From assembly GCA_964444415.1 (NCBI GenBank), contig CAYUHE010000004.1, positions 7,321 to 71,320 of the forward strand: a stretch of DNA of 64,000 nt. Direction: 5' to 3'. The DNA is from an uncultured Gammaproteobacteria bacterium. Lineage in GTDB: Bacteria; Cyanobacteriota; Vampirovibrionia; Gastranaerophilales; CAJFVJ01. A model generated the notes under the pieces. The model worked only from the letters and a program-made list of their open reading frames with translations, ran no database searches and was not told the origin of the DNA. Made by a program: the position numbers and the translations under genes. Below, piece by piece: positions 18,234 through 28,058 of this stretch (position 1 is its first letter; each line of letters starts with the position of its first letter).

Positions 18234-19829
18234 ATGAAAAAACATACGTTAGCTTTAATAATATTGTTACTGTTTACAGGTTTATTTGCTTGTGTTTCAG
18301 CAGTAGAAATAAAAGTCGAAGGCAAAGGAAAATCTCTCCTTAGTGGCTATGATATTAAGGATGTCCGAAATAAGCAAGATGAAAAGATGTATGATAAGTC
18401 ACAAAACGCTGACAATGGATTAATTCAAAAACAACAAATAAATGGTGCTGCCAAGCAGGCTGAATTAAGAAAAAATCAAGATGAAAAAATGAGTAATGCA
18501 GTCAGAAGAGCAGTTGTAACAGAAGCTCAAGACAACGCTTTAAAAGCGGCTTTAAGTATTTTAATAGATAGAACTTTAGGGGCTGGAGCTTCTAAAAACC
18601 CTCAAGTACAAGAAAAATTTGAGGAATTATTATCACAATCAAGCACATATATTCTCGACCAAAATTATACGGGCGAAATTGAAGACAATTATTATGTTGC
18701 CAAAGCATTTTTAAATGTTGATGAAACAGCTTTTAGAGGTTTGGTTTCAGATATGGGCATTGCTTTAAACACTCAAAAGGTAAGACAAAGTGCTGTTTTG
18801 CTTATTGTAGATGAATTTTTTGCAGCACCTTCTGATTTGAAATCAAGTGCACCTACAAAAGACGTTACAACCTATTCTTATAATAAAAACGAACAACTAA
18901 AAGATAAAGAATCTTATAAAGCTAGTTCATCAGCAAAAGATGGAGCTTCCTACGTAAGTTATTATGGAGGAGCAAGAGAATCTTCCAGTGCCAAATCAGC
19001 AGAAAATTATGGACACTATACAGATTATTCGAATAAAGAAAATGAGTTTTTTCAACACGTAGTTGAATATCAACCTAAAACTCCTAAAGTACAAAATCTG
19101 AATTATACTCAACCTGCTTTGCAAAAAGCTTTTACTGAATATGATGTTCGTTCTATTGATAATGATATGTTTAAAAGTAAATATTTTAAAGGTAATTCAT
19201 TGACTGCTGATAAATTATCAAATTCAGCTGAATTGGCGAATTATGTTAACTTTGCTAGAAAAGATGCGAAAGCAGACTTTTTTGCGGTAGGTGTTTCATA
19301 CATTACTGACAACGGAAAAAATCCTAATACAGGTATGAATACTTGCGATGGGAATGTTTTTGTAAAAATATATTCTACTCAAGATGGTGAAGTTATTGCT
19401 TCAGGTTCTTTTACAGAATCAGCAGCAGGTAATTCTCCTGACCAAGCAAGAGTTCAAGTTGCTAATAAAATCGGTAATGAATTAGGTGAAGAGTTATCTA
19501 AAAAAATTCAAGATTATTGGAAAAGACGAACGATGTACGGTTCAGAGTATGTTGTTTTAGTCAAAGGCAATTTTTTACCGATGGAAAGAATTACTATAAA
19601 TAAAGCCATTCAATCTACAGAAGGTATCCAAAATGTAAGCTTAAGAACATCTAGTAATACTCAATGTGAATTCCTTGTAAATTACAAAGGTATGGATGCA
19701 GTAGGAGATGCTATTTTTATGAGCGTTTATGGAACTCCTCTTTCTTCAAAATTTAATAATTATGATTATTCTACAAATGGAAACCAAATCATATTTTCAC
19801 CTGTTCCAAAGAGTATTCCTAATTTATGA
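18234..19829 (+). CDS. Secreted/lipoprotein-like hypothetical protein
   Basis: MKKHTLALIILLLFTGLFAC (possible lipobox LFAC) and RBS AGGAGA. 531 aa. Confidence 0.7.
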   Translation: MKKHTLALIILLLFTGLFACVSAVEIKVEGKGKSLLSGYDIKDVRNKQDEKMYDKSQNADNGLIQKQQINGAAKQAELRKNQDEKMSNAVRRAVVTEAQDNALKAALSILIDRTLGAGASKNPQVQEKFEELLSQSSTYILDQNYTGEIEDNYYVAKAFLNVDETAFRGLVSDMGIALNTQKVRQSAVLLIVDEFFAAPSDLKSSAPTKDVTTYSYNKNEQLKDKESYKASSSAKDGASYVSYYGGARESSSAKSAENYGHYTDYSNKENEFFQHVVEYQPKTPKVQNLNYTQPALQKAFTEYDVRSIDNDMFKSKYFKGNSLTADKLSNSAELANYVNFARKDAKADFFAVGVSYITDNGKNPNTGMNTCDGNVFVKIYSTQDGEVIASGSFTESAAGNSPDQARVQVANKIGNELGEELSKKIQDYWKRRTMYGSEYVVLVKGNFLPMERITINKAIQSTEGIQNVSLRTSSNTQCEFLVNYKGMDAVGDAIFMSVYGTPLSSKFNNYDYSTNGNQIIFSPVPKSIPNL

Positions 19830-21790
19830 AGAAAGCTTTTAATTTCATAATTGCTCTGAGTATTATTTTAACTGGATTTAATTTGGCAAAAGCACAGGAT
19901 GAAGCGTTAAATGTTTATCCTGTGCCTGCCATTTTCATGTCCCAAAATATTAGCCCTAAGTTCAACCAACTTTACTTAGATAAACGGAATAATTTTATAA
20001 AACAATTCTTAGACACCTTTAATAGCACTTATCCTGAATGTGTCAAAGAGATTTCGGACAAGAACAAATACAAAACATTTGCAGCTTATATCAATCTCCC
20101 TAGAGTATCAGAGTATGAATACAAAAGAGGAGCTATTTCTGATATTTATTTGCCGATGACAATGAGCATTAACTTTGTAAATATGGTTACTTCTGAGACC
20201 TTGTACTCCTACCCTTTAACCCAGTATGCGAAATATTCAACAACTGCTCAAAAGATGGAAGATAAAGTTTCTGCTACAACAGTTATCAATGATTTGTATT
20301 TAGAAACATACAATGATTTACTTAAAGCAGTAACAACTAAATCTAAAGAAGATTTTAAACCTTTTGCAATTGAGGCAAAAATTAAAGATTCTTACAGAAG
20401 TTTATATATTTTGGATAAAGGTACAACTTTGGGCATTGCTAAGGGGGACTTGCTGTCTGATAAGGACTGTAATCAGATTGCAGTTATATATTCAACCCTT
20501 GATTATGCGGTGGCTAAGCCTTTGATTGGAAAGCCTTCTATTGATTCAGTTTTTATGAAATACAGCAATTCAAGTTTATCTCAAATCGAAAAACCTAAAG
20601 TTTTATTTTTGAACAACTTAGGAGATGACAAAATATATAATTTGTTCTCAACTGCCTTGGGAGCTAATGCTGATTTTTCTTTAATTACAATCAACAAAAC
20701 TTTTTATGAGATGCAACAGGCTTTAACTTCTCTGAATATGGGGTTTAATATGAAAAACACCCAAAACAGAGAAGTCCCTGATTATTTCTTAATGCTTCAT
20801 TTTTCAAAACCTCTATACACTAAATATCCTTCAAATAGAGATTTTACAAGCCTTGATAAGTATTCTGTATTACTTTGCGGAACTGTTTTTGATAAGTCAG
20901 GCAGGGTAATTTTCTCAAAATGTATTGATGAAGAAATTACAGATACAGTTGTTTCAGAAATTAAGTTTGATGATTCGGCAAGATATGAAATTCTATTCAA
21001 AAATGCCCTTAATAAATTGGCTTTAAGCTTTGCTAATGAAGTCAAATTTAAAAATTTCCAAGTGGATATTTGTGCAACTGAAGGTGAATATATTTATCTT
21101 AATGATGCTAATGGTTTCTTGAAAGAAAATAACACTCTCACTATTTTTAAAAAAGTAAGCACAGAAAAAGGCGGTCAGGAGATTACAATTCCAACATGGG
21201 AGTATAAAGTTCTTCGAGTTGAAAATGGAAAAGTTGAATGTAAGCCAATGTTCCCTATAGTTGATGGGCTAAACTTTCCGTCTAAAAAGGATAAAGCTTT
21301 AATAACAACAGCCACCAAATCTTGTAATAAAGCTGAGATGTTCAATTTCCACCCTGATAAAATGGCTTTAGATGGTAATCAAGTAGAGTTAAAAGATTTC
21401 CAAAATATAGCTTTTTCGGCTATATCATCAGGAATGAAATCTCCTGTGGTTTTTGATAAAGTAACTTTCTCGGAGCAAATCAAAGACTTGAACGCAGGGT
21501 ATGGCTTTAGGCAAAAATTAGAAGCTCCTGATAATACCCAAAAATTAAAAATCAGACCTGTCTACAAGGTAGAACTTTTGGAAGAAAAAAAGGATGGCAG
21601 TCTGCTTAAGCAAAAATACCAAATAACAGTTGGCATGGTGAGTTATAGCGATAGTACAGTGTTGTTAAAAGACGGTCTTAAGCAAGAAGTTTCAATTACT
21701 GTAACTCCTTCAGACAATTCTGATATTGTACAATACGAGCTTCTAAAATTTATTTATCCTTTGCTGCAGCAGATAGCAGTTAAGTTTTAA
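19826..21790 (+). CDS. Secreted hypothetical protein
   Basis: Signal peptide MKKAFNFIIALSIILTGFNLAKA. An ATGA overlap with the upstream stop suggests translational coupling. Confidence 0.7.
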   Translation: MKKAFNFIIALSIILTGFNLAKAQDEALNVYPVPAIFMSQNISPKFNQLYLDKRNNFIKQFLDTFNSTYPECVKEISDKNKYKTFAAYINLPRVSEYEYKRGAISDIYLPMTMSINFVNMVTSETLYSYPLTQYAKYSTTAQKMEDKVSATTVINDLYLETYNDLLKAVTTKSKEDFKPFAIEAKIKDSYRSLYILDKGTTLGIAKGDLLSDKDCNQIAVIYSTLDYAVAKPLIGKPSIDSVFMKYSNSSLSQIEKPKVLFLNNLGDDKIYNLFSTALGANADFSLITINKTFYEMQQALTSLNMGFNMKNTQNREVPDYFLMLHFSKPLYTKYPSNRDFTSLDKYSVLLCGTVFDKSGRVIFSKCIDEEITDTVVSEIKFDDSARYEILFKNALNKLALSFANEVKFKNFQVDICATEGEYIYLNDANGFLKENNTLTIFKKVSTEKGGQEITIPTWEYKVLRVENGKVECKPMFPIVDGLNFPSKKDKALITTATKSCNKAEMFNFHPDKMALDGNQVELKDFQNIAFSAISSGMKSPVVFDKVTFSEQIKDLNAGYGFRQKLEAPDNTQKLKIRPVYKVELLEEKKDGSLLKQKYQITVGMVSYSDSTVLLKDGLKQEVSITVTPSDNSDIVQYELLKFIYPLLQQIAVKF

Positions 21791-22003
21791 CATAGTTAAT
21801 CATATTTAATGAGAGTAATTATCTATGGAGTTATATTAAATTACTAATGAACTTTTTTATCAATTAACCACCGCCAACTTCACAGCCACTTGAGCCACCT
21901 CATAGACAAATAAGAGCTTTTCAATATGCTGTTAAATAATTAAATCTCCCTTTCTTATGTTTTTTAAATTATAAGAGTAAAGACAATCCAAAAGGGGACA
22001 AAA

Positions 22004-22753
22004 ATGAAAAAGATATCAGCGTCAGAAATTATTATTGCAAAACTAAATCCTTTAAAATCTGCTGAAGATTATGCCTTATATGGGCTTATAGATTTTATTT
22101 ATGAAGAGTTTGAAAATTCCATCCATCATTACAGTTTAGCAATAGAACTTTCTCCCAATGAGGGGAAATTCTATGAGCAAAGATATAATTCTTTCTTCCA
22201 GTTAGGGCTTTTCGAAGAGGCTTTATCAGATGCAAATAAAGCTCTAACTATTAACCCAACAGCAGAGAATTACGTAAGGCGTGGAAGATGCCTTGATGGT
22301 CTTGAAAATTACAAGGAAGCGATTCTTGATTTCAATCAAGCCCTTATATTAGATAGTTCTTGTACCGATGCGTTTAAATTCCGTGGGATTTCTAAAGCAT
22401 TAATAAACGATACCAAAGCTGCTATCAAAGATTTAGACATAGCAATTAAAAATAGTAATCCTGATACCGATGAGCTATTTGTAGCCTATTACTACAGAGC
22501 CCTATGTTATCTTTGGTCAAGAAAATTCGAAGCCGCTTTGGAAGACTTCAATATATCGATAGAACTGAATACTGAACATGCTTTATCTTATGAATACCGT
22601 GGATATTGTAACTCAGCTTTTAACCAACTCCAAGAAGTAACTCTTGATTTATTACGAGCTGGCAAGCTTTATTTGGAAGAGAAGAATAATGAATCTTTAA
22701 GCAGGGTTATTTCCAGATTGGGAAACGTAGAGAAATACGCACTGCAAGAATAA
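22004..22753 (+). CDS. Tetratricopeptide-repeat protein
   Basis: Repeated 34-aa A..Y..A..L.P units (for example AIELSPNEGKFYEQRYNSFFQLGLFEEALSDANKALTINP). Confidence 0.8.
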   Translation: MKKISASEIIIAKLNPLKSAEDYALYGLIDFIYEEFENSIHHYSLAIELSPNEGKFYEQRYNSFFQLGLFEEALSDANKALTINPTAENYVRRGRCLDGLENYKEAILDFNQALILDSSCTDAFKFRGISKALINDTKAAIKDLDIAIKNSNPDTDELFVAYYYRALCYLWSRKFEAALEDFNISIELNTEHALSYEYRGYCNSAFNQLQEVTLDLLRAGKLYLEEKNNESLSRVISRLGNVEKYALQE

Positions 22754-22778
22754 GCAATTATAGCTGATATCTTTTCTT

Positions 22779-22806
22779 GGGGGCTATAAAAGCCCCTCTT
22801 TTTTTG
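22779..22806 (+). terminator. Rho-independent terminator
   Basis: GGGGCT-ATAAA-AGCCCC followed by TCTTTTTTTG. Confidence 0.7.
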
Positions 22807-22878
22807 TTACTTATTTTAAGTCATAACCTTGTATTCTGATGTCTTTATGGTAAGGTTGCTGCCAAAAAGGGAGACACA

Positions 22879-23922
22879 ATGACCAAACACTTGCTTGATA
22901 ATTTTAAAGGATGCTTAATAGGAGCTGCAATTGGAGATGCGTTAGGGTATCCCGTTGAATTTCTATATTCAGAAGAAATAAAAGATATTTACGGCTCATC
23001 AGGAGTAACGGACCTCTTCGTGAACGGGCGTGGGGCTGCTGAGGTGTCAGATGATACCCAAATGACAATTTTTACCGCAGAGGGCTTGCTAAAATCGATA
23101 ATTTGGCATTTTGATGCAATACAACCTCTAGATATTAAATATGTATATGATTCATATCAAGATTGGCTGACAACACAGTCAATACCATTTGAGTTAGCCC
23201 CAAATAAAGGCTGGGTGAGTCAGATTAAAGATTTGTACGTAACAAGGGCTCCAGGAATGACTTGCCTTGAATCACTTGAAAATGGAATAATGGGCACGAT
23301 TGAAAACCCTATTAATTCAAGCAAGGGCTGTGGGGGAGTGATGAGAGTTGCTCCAGCTGGCTTGATTTACTACACAACACCAGAACTGGCATTTAGGGCT
23401 GGAGCAGAGTGTGCGGCTTTAACGCATGGAAATCCTAGCGGATATTTACCTGCTGGGGTTCACGCTTGCCTTATAGCTTACATCATAAAAGGTCTATCTC
23501 TTGAAGACGCTGTTGATAAATCTATATTGATACTACAGAAATATGCTGGCTACGAAAATACTTTGGCACTTCTGCATAAAGCTAAAGATTTATCTAAATC
23601 TGATATTCATCCTGAAGAAGCAATAAAGCTTCTGGGCGGAGGCTGGTGCGGTGATAAGGCTTTAGCCATCGGCATTTACTGTGCATTGAAGTCGCCAAAT
23701 AACTTTAAAAAAGCTCTCCTGATGTCAGTTAATCATGACGGAGATTCTGATTCCACAGGCAGTATTACAGGGGGTATTTTAGGTGCATATTTGGGGATTC
23801 CAAAAATTTCCGCCCAGTGGAAAAAATATGTTGAGCTAAAAAAGGAGCTAAGCTTATTAGCGAAAGATTTGTTTAGCCCTGAAAATATTAAAAATGCTAA
23901 ACAGAGATATCTTTGTCGGTGA
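22879..23922 (+). CDS. ADP-ribosylglycohydrolase family protein (DraG/ARH-like)
   Basis: GAAIGDALGYPVEF, SDDTQMT and NHDGDSDSTGSITGGILGAYLG are the characteristic metal-binding motifs. Confidence 0.88.
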   Translation: MTKHLLDNFKGCLIGAAIGDALGYPVEFLYSEEIKDIYGSSGVTDLFVNGRGAAEVSDDTQMTIFTAEGLLKSIIWHFDAIQPLDIKYVYDSYQDWLTTQSIPFELAPNKGWVSQIKDLYVTRAPGMTCLESLENGIMGTIENPINSSKGCGGVMRVAPAGLIYYTTPELAFRAGAECAALTHGNPSGYLPAGVHACLIAYIIKGLSLEDAVDKSILILQKYAGYENTLALLHKAKDLSKSDIHPEEAIKLLGGGWCGDKALAIGIYCALKSPNNFKKALLMSVNHDGDSDSTGSITGGILGAYLGIPKISAQWKKYVELKKELSLLAKDLFSPENIKNAKQRYLCR

Positions 23923-23992
23923 TTATAGCCCCCCGAGTTCAAGTTTTAAGTAGAATGCTCTGATAAAATAGAAAGAAAAAGGAGTCAGAGCA

Positions 23993-24124
23993 AATGGAAA
24001 AAAGTCTAAACATATAAGCCCAATGGAAAGAGATGAGATTTCTAATCTTTATGCCAAAGGTCAAGGTCATTCATCAATAGCCAGAATCTTAAAGCGTTCA
24101 AAGCCTACTATCTCATTTATTTGA
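23993..24124 (+). pseudogene. IS30-family transposase N-terminal HTH remnant
   Basis: Own translation: ..KSKHISPMERDEISNLYAKGQGHSSIARILKRSKPTISFI*. This matches the IS30 N-terminal pattern (KHLT.EER..I..L...G.S...IA..L.RS.STI). There is no upstream start and no catalytic domain follows. Confidence 0.5.
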
Positions 24125-24957
24125 AAGACTAAACTATGGTTAATTTTTCAAGCAAAACTGGTAGCACGACAATTTAAAAGTCTTTAAAGTCAGTCAGTCA
24201 AAGAAATGGCTTTAATGATGAAAAAACAGCTTTTTTGCGTGTTTAAAGGTGTGGTAGTTGTGATTAATGTGGAAGAGATTGTGTTTAATGATGTTGTTTT
24301 TGGGTTTAAGGATGAAATACCAAACTCTATAAACCAGTTGAAACGCACATTTTAGCCATTTAATAATTTCCATTGTAAATATATAATAAATTAATAAAAG
24401 AAATTTAAATTAAGTATATATTAAGCCCCAAGGGGCTCAAAAAATAAATATTCAAAAATTAACTTATTTATTTAAGTCCATAAGATTTTCTTGTTTACTT
24501 ATTCTGTTCTTCAGTCTATTGCTAATAGCGCTGTCAATAGGTCTATTCTAGCACAGTTTATTTGTCAGAGAATAAAATGATGTAACATTTTGTAAATATA
24601 GTCCAAACAGGTGGTTGACAAATCAAAAGATTTCCTTGCTTTTTTAAAGAATGTGTGTTAGAATTAAAGACAGATTAATGCCAACTGGCACATACTACCT
24701 TTAGAAGGTCTATTATTTGGAGTTGGTTAGACAGATGAGAAAGATTTTGGCTTCTTCAAGAGTAAAGGCATGGATTGTTTGCAATTTCTATTATTAAATA
24801 TTCGCGGGAAAGCCAAAATCCAAGATTGTAGAATTTAATATTAGGTATAATGCTATGCCTTTTATGATTCTATATTTAACAAAGCAAAGCTATAGTTTTG
24901 TTGATAGTTTACTATGGCTGATTTTACTAGAAAACTATCTTGATAGGAGGAACATTT

Positions 24958-25068
24958 ATGTTCAATGACGAAGAATTAGAGAAATATTTTAATGGTGAGT
25001 TAGAGGTGAACCCTTACCCTCTCGGAACAGACCTCTGGTGGGAATGGGTTGCTGGCGTTATTGACTAG
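24958..25068 (+). CDS. Possible 36-aa small protein
   Basis: ATG preceded by TAGGAGGAACATTT. Sequence MFNDEELEKYFNGELEVNPYPLGTDLWWEWVAGVID. No homology evidence. Confidence 0.3.
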   Translation: MFNDEELEKYFNGELEVNPYPLGTDLWWEWVAGVID

Positions 25069-25118
25069 AACGTATATGAGAAGTGAAACGCGGATAAAAA
25101 ATTATCGTTTTCTCCGCA

Positions 25119-25147
25119 TTGACACTAGTCAGATGAAGTTGTAGTAA
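25119..25147 (+). promoter_or_regulatory. Candidate promoter TTGACA-17-TAGTAA for orf470
   Basis: A consensus -35 and a fair -10. The -10 ends only 9 nt before the ATG at 25157, so the mRNA would be near-leaderless or the true start lies elsewhere. Confidence 0.35.
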
Positions 25148-25156
25148 TAATCAAGC

Positions 25157-26569
25157 ATGGGGGGTAATGTGGAGCGATTTAACAGGAATAAATTAGCAAG
25201 TGATTTGAGTTTATTTAAAAAACTAGGTTTTGACGTGGTTTACTATGATACACAAAGCAAAGATAATTTTTACAAAAATGATTTCGATAATATCTTAAAT
25301 AAAGAAGAACAAACTTTTGGTTCAAACAAGGGCTTTCCTGCCGCTATGTATGAGAGTTCTAACGTGGCGAGCATAACAATTAATGCATTTCAGGATAATT
25401 ATCTGACTTTCAAACATCTAACCAAAATTGCTTATAGAAATAAATCTTCAGGTGTTGTTAGTTATTATTATTTCTTTAAACTTCCTGATAATTGGGATGA
25501 AGAAGAACAAGAATCACTCTTAAAGAATTTGCAATTTAATGCTTATGGGATTGGTATCTTACATCAAAAATATGATTATGAGGTAGTAAATGATATTCCA
25601 CTCAAAAAAACTGCAATTATCGAGGGTGAGTTGTGGGAAAGCCTAAAAAGATTTGATAGACAGGTCGCAGAACACAACAAGAATAATTATAATACTGAAT
25701 TTGATATTTTTGAGATGAACGAGTTACCTGATGTATCTTCTTGCTCATATCATATTTCCTATCACCTTTTGCACAATTTGATTCCAGAGAAAATTGTGCC
25801 GAATGATACCAAATATATGGGTGCTAAAGAACAAACTATTATTAAAAATAATGGGATTAATATCAAAGGATTTAACCTTAATTTATCTGAGAAACGCTTG
25901 ATAGAAGCTTTATTAATAATGATTTCTAATTCATCATATATTCACGATAAGGCTAAATTGTCAGAAGCTAGGTTTAAAATTTCAAGAAAAAACCTATCTA
26001 AATTGATATGCAATAGTAACTTTAGAATAGATAAAGCATTGGAAACAGCCCGAGCTCTCTCTTCACGGTTATTTCTTTACAAAAACAAAGTCGAAGGTAG
26101 TAGTTATCTCTTTCCTGTATTGGGCAGACTTTTTGAATTAAAAGAAAATGATGATGACCTTACATTTATTTTCTCAAAGTATTTCCTCAAGGGGTTACGC
26201 CCAATAAAAGAAGAAGGCTACTTTGTCAAAAGGGATGTAGGTTTTTATGAAAAATTATCTTTAGGGCGTGGCTTTGGAAAAGATGTTAACATATACACAT
26301 TTTTGGAATATCTCTTTTTAATAAAATCTCAGAATTTTTCAGGAAAACAAACACCTTGTATTAAGAGTAACTTGTCAAATCTTCTTAAGAAGATAGACTT
26401 GAAAAACCAAATTACCTCTAAAGGTATCAATTATGTCTTTGATAAATTCAATAATTACCTTGAAATAGCTCACAAGGCAGGTTTTATCGAATTATTTCAA
26501 TTTAACACGCTACATGACTTTAGAGCACAATTGAAAAAGACTGAAAGCTTGGGTATTTTGTTGCTATAA
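25157..26569 (+). CDS. Hypothetical protein of the integrative module (possible replication/initiator function; unsupported)
   Basis: 470-aa ORF co-directional with xis and int. No motif recognised. Confidence 0.6.
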   Translation: MGGNVERFNRNKLASDLSLFKKLGFDVVYYDTQSKDNFYKNDFDNILNKEEQTFGSNKGFPAAMYESSNVASITINAFQDNYLTFKHLTKIAYRNKSSGVVSYYYFFKLPDNWDEEEQESLLKNLQFNAYGIGILHQKYDYEVVNDIPLKKTAIIEGELWESLKRFDRQVAEHNKNNYNTEFDIFEMNELPDVSSCSYHISYHLLHNLIPEKIVPNDTKYMGAKEQTIIKNNGINIKGFNLNLSEKRLIEALLIMISNSSYIHDKAKLSEARFKISRKNLSKLICNSNFRIDKALETARALSSRLFLYKNKVEGSSYLFPVLGRLFELKENDDDLTFIFSKYFLKGLRPIKEEGYFVKRDVGFYEKLSLGRGFGKDVNIYTFLEYLFLIKSQNFSGKQTPCIKSNLSNLLKKIDLKNQITSKGINYVFDKFNNYLEIAHKAGFIELFQFNTLHDFRAQLKKTESLGILLL

Positions 26570-26683
26570 GCTAGCAGGAAAGAGTTTTACTAGTGGCATG
26601 GTAGCTTGATATATAGCTAAAAAACTCACAGATAATTTTAAAATATAAAAATATGGCAAATTAATTTATAGGAGAAAATACAG

Positions 26684-26854
26684 ATGGAACTAATGACAAT
26701 TGGCGAAGTAGCAAATTATTTTAATGTAAAGCCACACACAATAAGGAACTGGATAAGACGGGAACAAATACCCCCAAAAGCGATTTTTAAAATAGGGGCG
26801 ACTGTAAGGATTAAAAAACATCAATTAGTAGATTTTATTTTCAAAACTGCTTAA
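26684..26854 (+). CDS. xis: Excisionase-type helix-turn-helix DNA-binding protein (56 aa)
   Basis: Own translation: MELMTIGEVANYFNVKPHTIRNWIRREQIPPKAIFKIGATVRIKKHQLVDFIFKTA. It fits the MerR/excisionase HTH_17-like pattern. RBS is TAGGAGAAAATACAG. Below the ORF-track size cutoff. Confidence 0.65.
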   Translation: MELMTIGEVANYFNVKPHTIRNWIRREQIPPKAIFKIGATVRIKKHQLVDFIFKTA

Positions 26855-26917
26855 TGCTGCTTGACAAATCCTCTTCTGAGGCTAGAATCCTGGTTAGAAT
26901 AAAAAGGTATAGGAATT

Positions 26918-27982
26918 ATGACTATTAAAAAAGAAGGAAATAATAAGTGGTATTGTGAGTTCATGATTGATGGAATCCGATTCCATAAGGCTTGTAAAGG
27001 TGCTACCTCAGCTAAAGAAGCTCAACAATTTGAAAACTTATTACGTGCAGATATCATGCGTGGTGACATGAGGATGGTTGGCAAAAGAAAAAAGCACACT
27101 TTCAAGCAGGCAGTTGATTTGTACTTGCATTACTCAAAATTACACAAAAAAAGTTATCCAAATGATATCAACTCTACTAATCTTTTTGTTAATTTCTGGG
27201 GAGCCAATCATAGATTAGACCATATAACTCCTGCTAGTATCGAAGCATTTATAGAATCAATAAAAGAAAAGCAAATAGAGAAAAAAGTGCTATGTCCTAT
27301 AACAGAAGAAACTAAAATGGTAACCGAAACAAAAATATTGAAAAACGGCACTATTAATAGACATTTACAGGCTTTGAGTAAACTTTTCAACATAGCTATT
27401 TCAAATAAATTATTGAGTGAAAATCCGATGAAAGGGGTGCCAAAATTAAAAGAAAATAACTACAAAACAAGGTATTTAACAAAAGAAGAACAGGTTAGAT
27501 TATTTGAACAGCTTGGTGATGGCTATTTATCTTTAGTGGTTTTATGTGCCTTGCACACGGGTATGAGGCGTTCTGAGATTTTAAAGCTCAAATGGTCTTG
27601 TATAGATTTTTCAAAAAATTATATTGAATTGCTAGAAACCAAAAGTTACAAATCAAGAAAGATACCTTTGTCTAGCATTTTAAAGGAAAAACTGCAAAAT
27701 ATGAAAGTCCTATCAGATTATGTGTTTACAAATCCTAAGACTATGAAGCCCTATAATGATTTCGGGAATGCTTTTGAAAGTGCTTTAGAACGTGCAGGTA
27801 TAGATGATTTTGTATTTCATGACCTTCGTCACTCCGCAGCTACTCGCATGGTTGAAAAGGGTATAGATTTGGTCGTGGTAAAAGAACTTCTCGGACATTC
27901 AAGTATTGTTACAACTGTTCGTTACGCTCATGCAGTTAGTGAAATTAAGTCAAAAGCAATAGAACTTTTGTCAGAGTATTAA
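26918..27982 (+). CDS. int: Tyrosine recombinase / phage-type integrase
   Basis: Catalytic R (GMRRSEIL), HDLRHSAATRM, LLGHSSIVTTVRYAH (H..R..H..Y). Confidence 0.9.
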   Translation: MTIKKEGNNKWYCEFMIDGIRFHKACKGATSAKEAQQFENLLRADIMRGDMRMVGKRKKHTFKQAVDLYLHYSKLHKKSYPNDINSTNLFVNFWGANHRLDHITPASIEAFIESIKEKQIEKKVLCPITEETKMVTETKILKNGTINRHLQALSKLFNIAISNKLLSENPMKGVPKLKENNYKTRYLTKEEQVRLFEQLGDGYLSLVVLCALHTGMRRSEILKLKWSCIDFSKNYIELLETKSYKSRKIPLSSILKEKLQNMKVLSDYVFTNPKTMKPYNDFGNAFESALERAGIDDFVFHDLRHSAATRMVEKGIDLVVVKELLGHSSIVTTVRYAHAVSEIKSKAIELLSEY

Positions 27983-28058
27983 TATTTTAATCATACTGTA
28001 ATTATTTTTGTATTACACAAATATTACACAAGAAAGATTTACAAAAGCTTAAGAGAAA

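Larger units (their letters stand above)
25100..28058 (+). mobile_element. Integrative-element module (orf470-xis-int) abutting the 3' end of tRNA-Arg; left boundary undetermined
   Basis: The integrase ends 77 bp from the tRNA 3' end, which is the classical tRNA-int arrangement. No second att copy was found by eye. Confidence 0.5.

Noticed and set aside
24206-24355. A 49-codon ORF (MALMMKKQLFCVFKGVVVVINVEEIVFNDVVFGFKDEIPNSINQLKRTF).
   Set aside because: No RBS and no homology evidence, and it lies in decayed sequence next to the IS30 scar. It is mentioned only as a possibility in the corresponding finding.
24695-24712. CTACCTTTAGAAGGTC, resembling the tRNA-Arg anticodon-arm sequence CTACCGCTTAGAAGGCGGTC; considered as a possible second att site.
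   Set aside because: It consists only of 5 + 8 matching bases with indels and no match to the T-arm or acceptor portion. Matches of this size are expected by chance in 64 kb.
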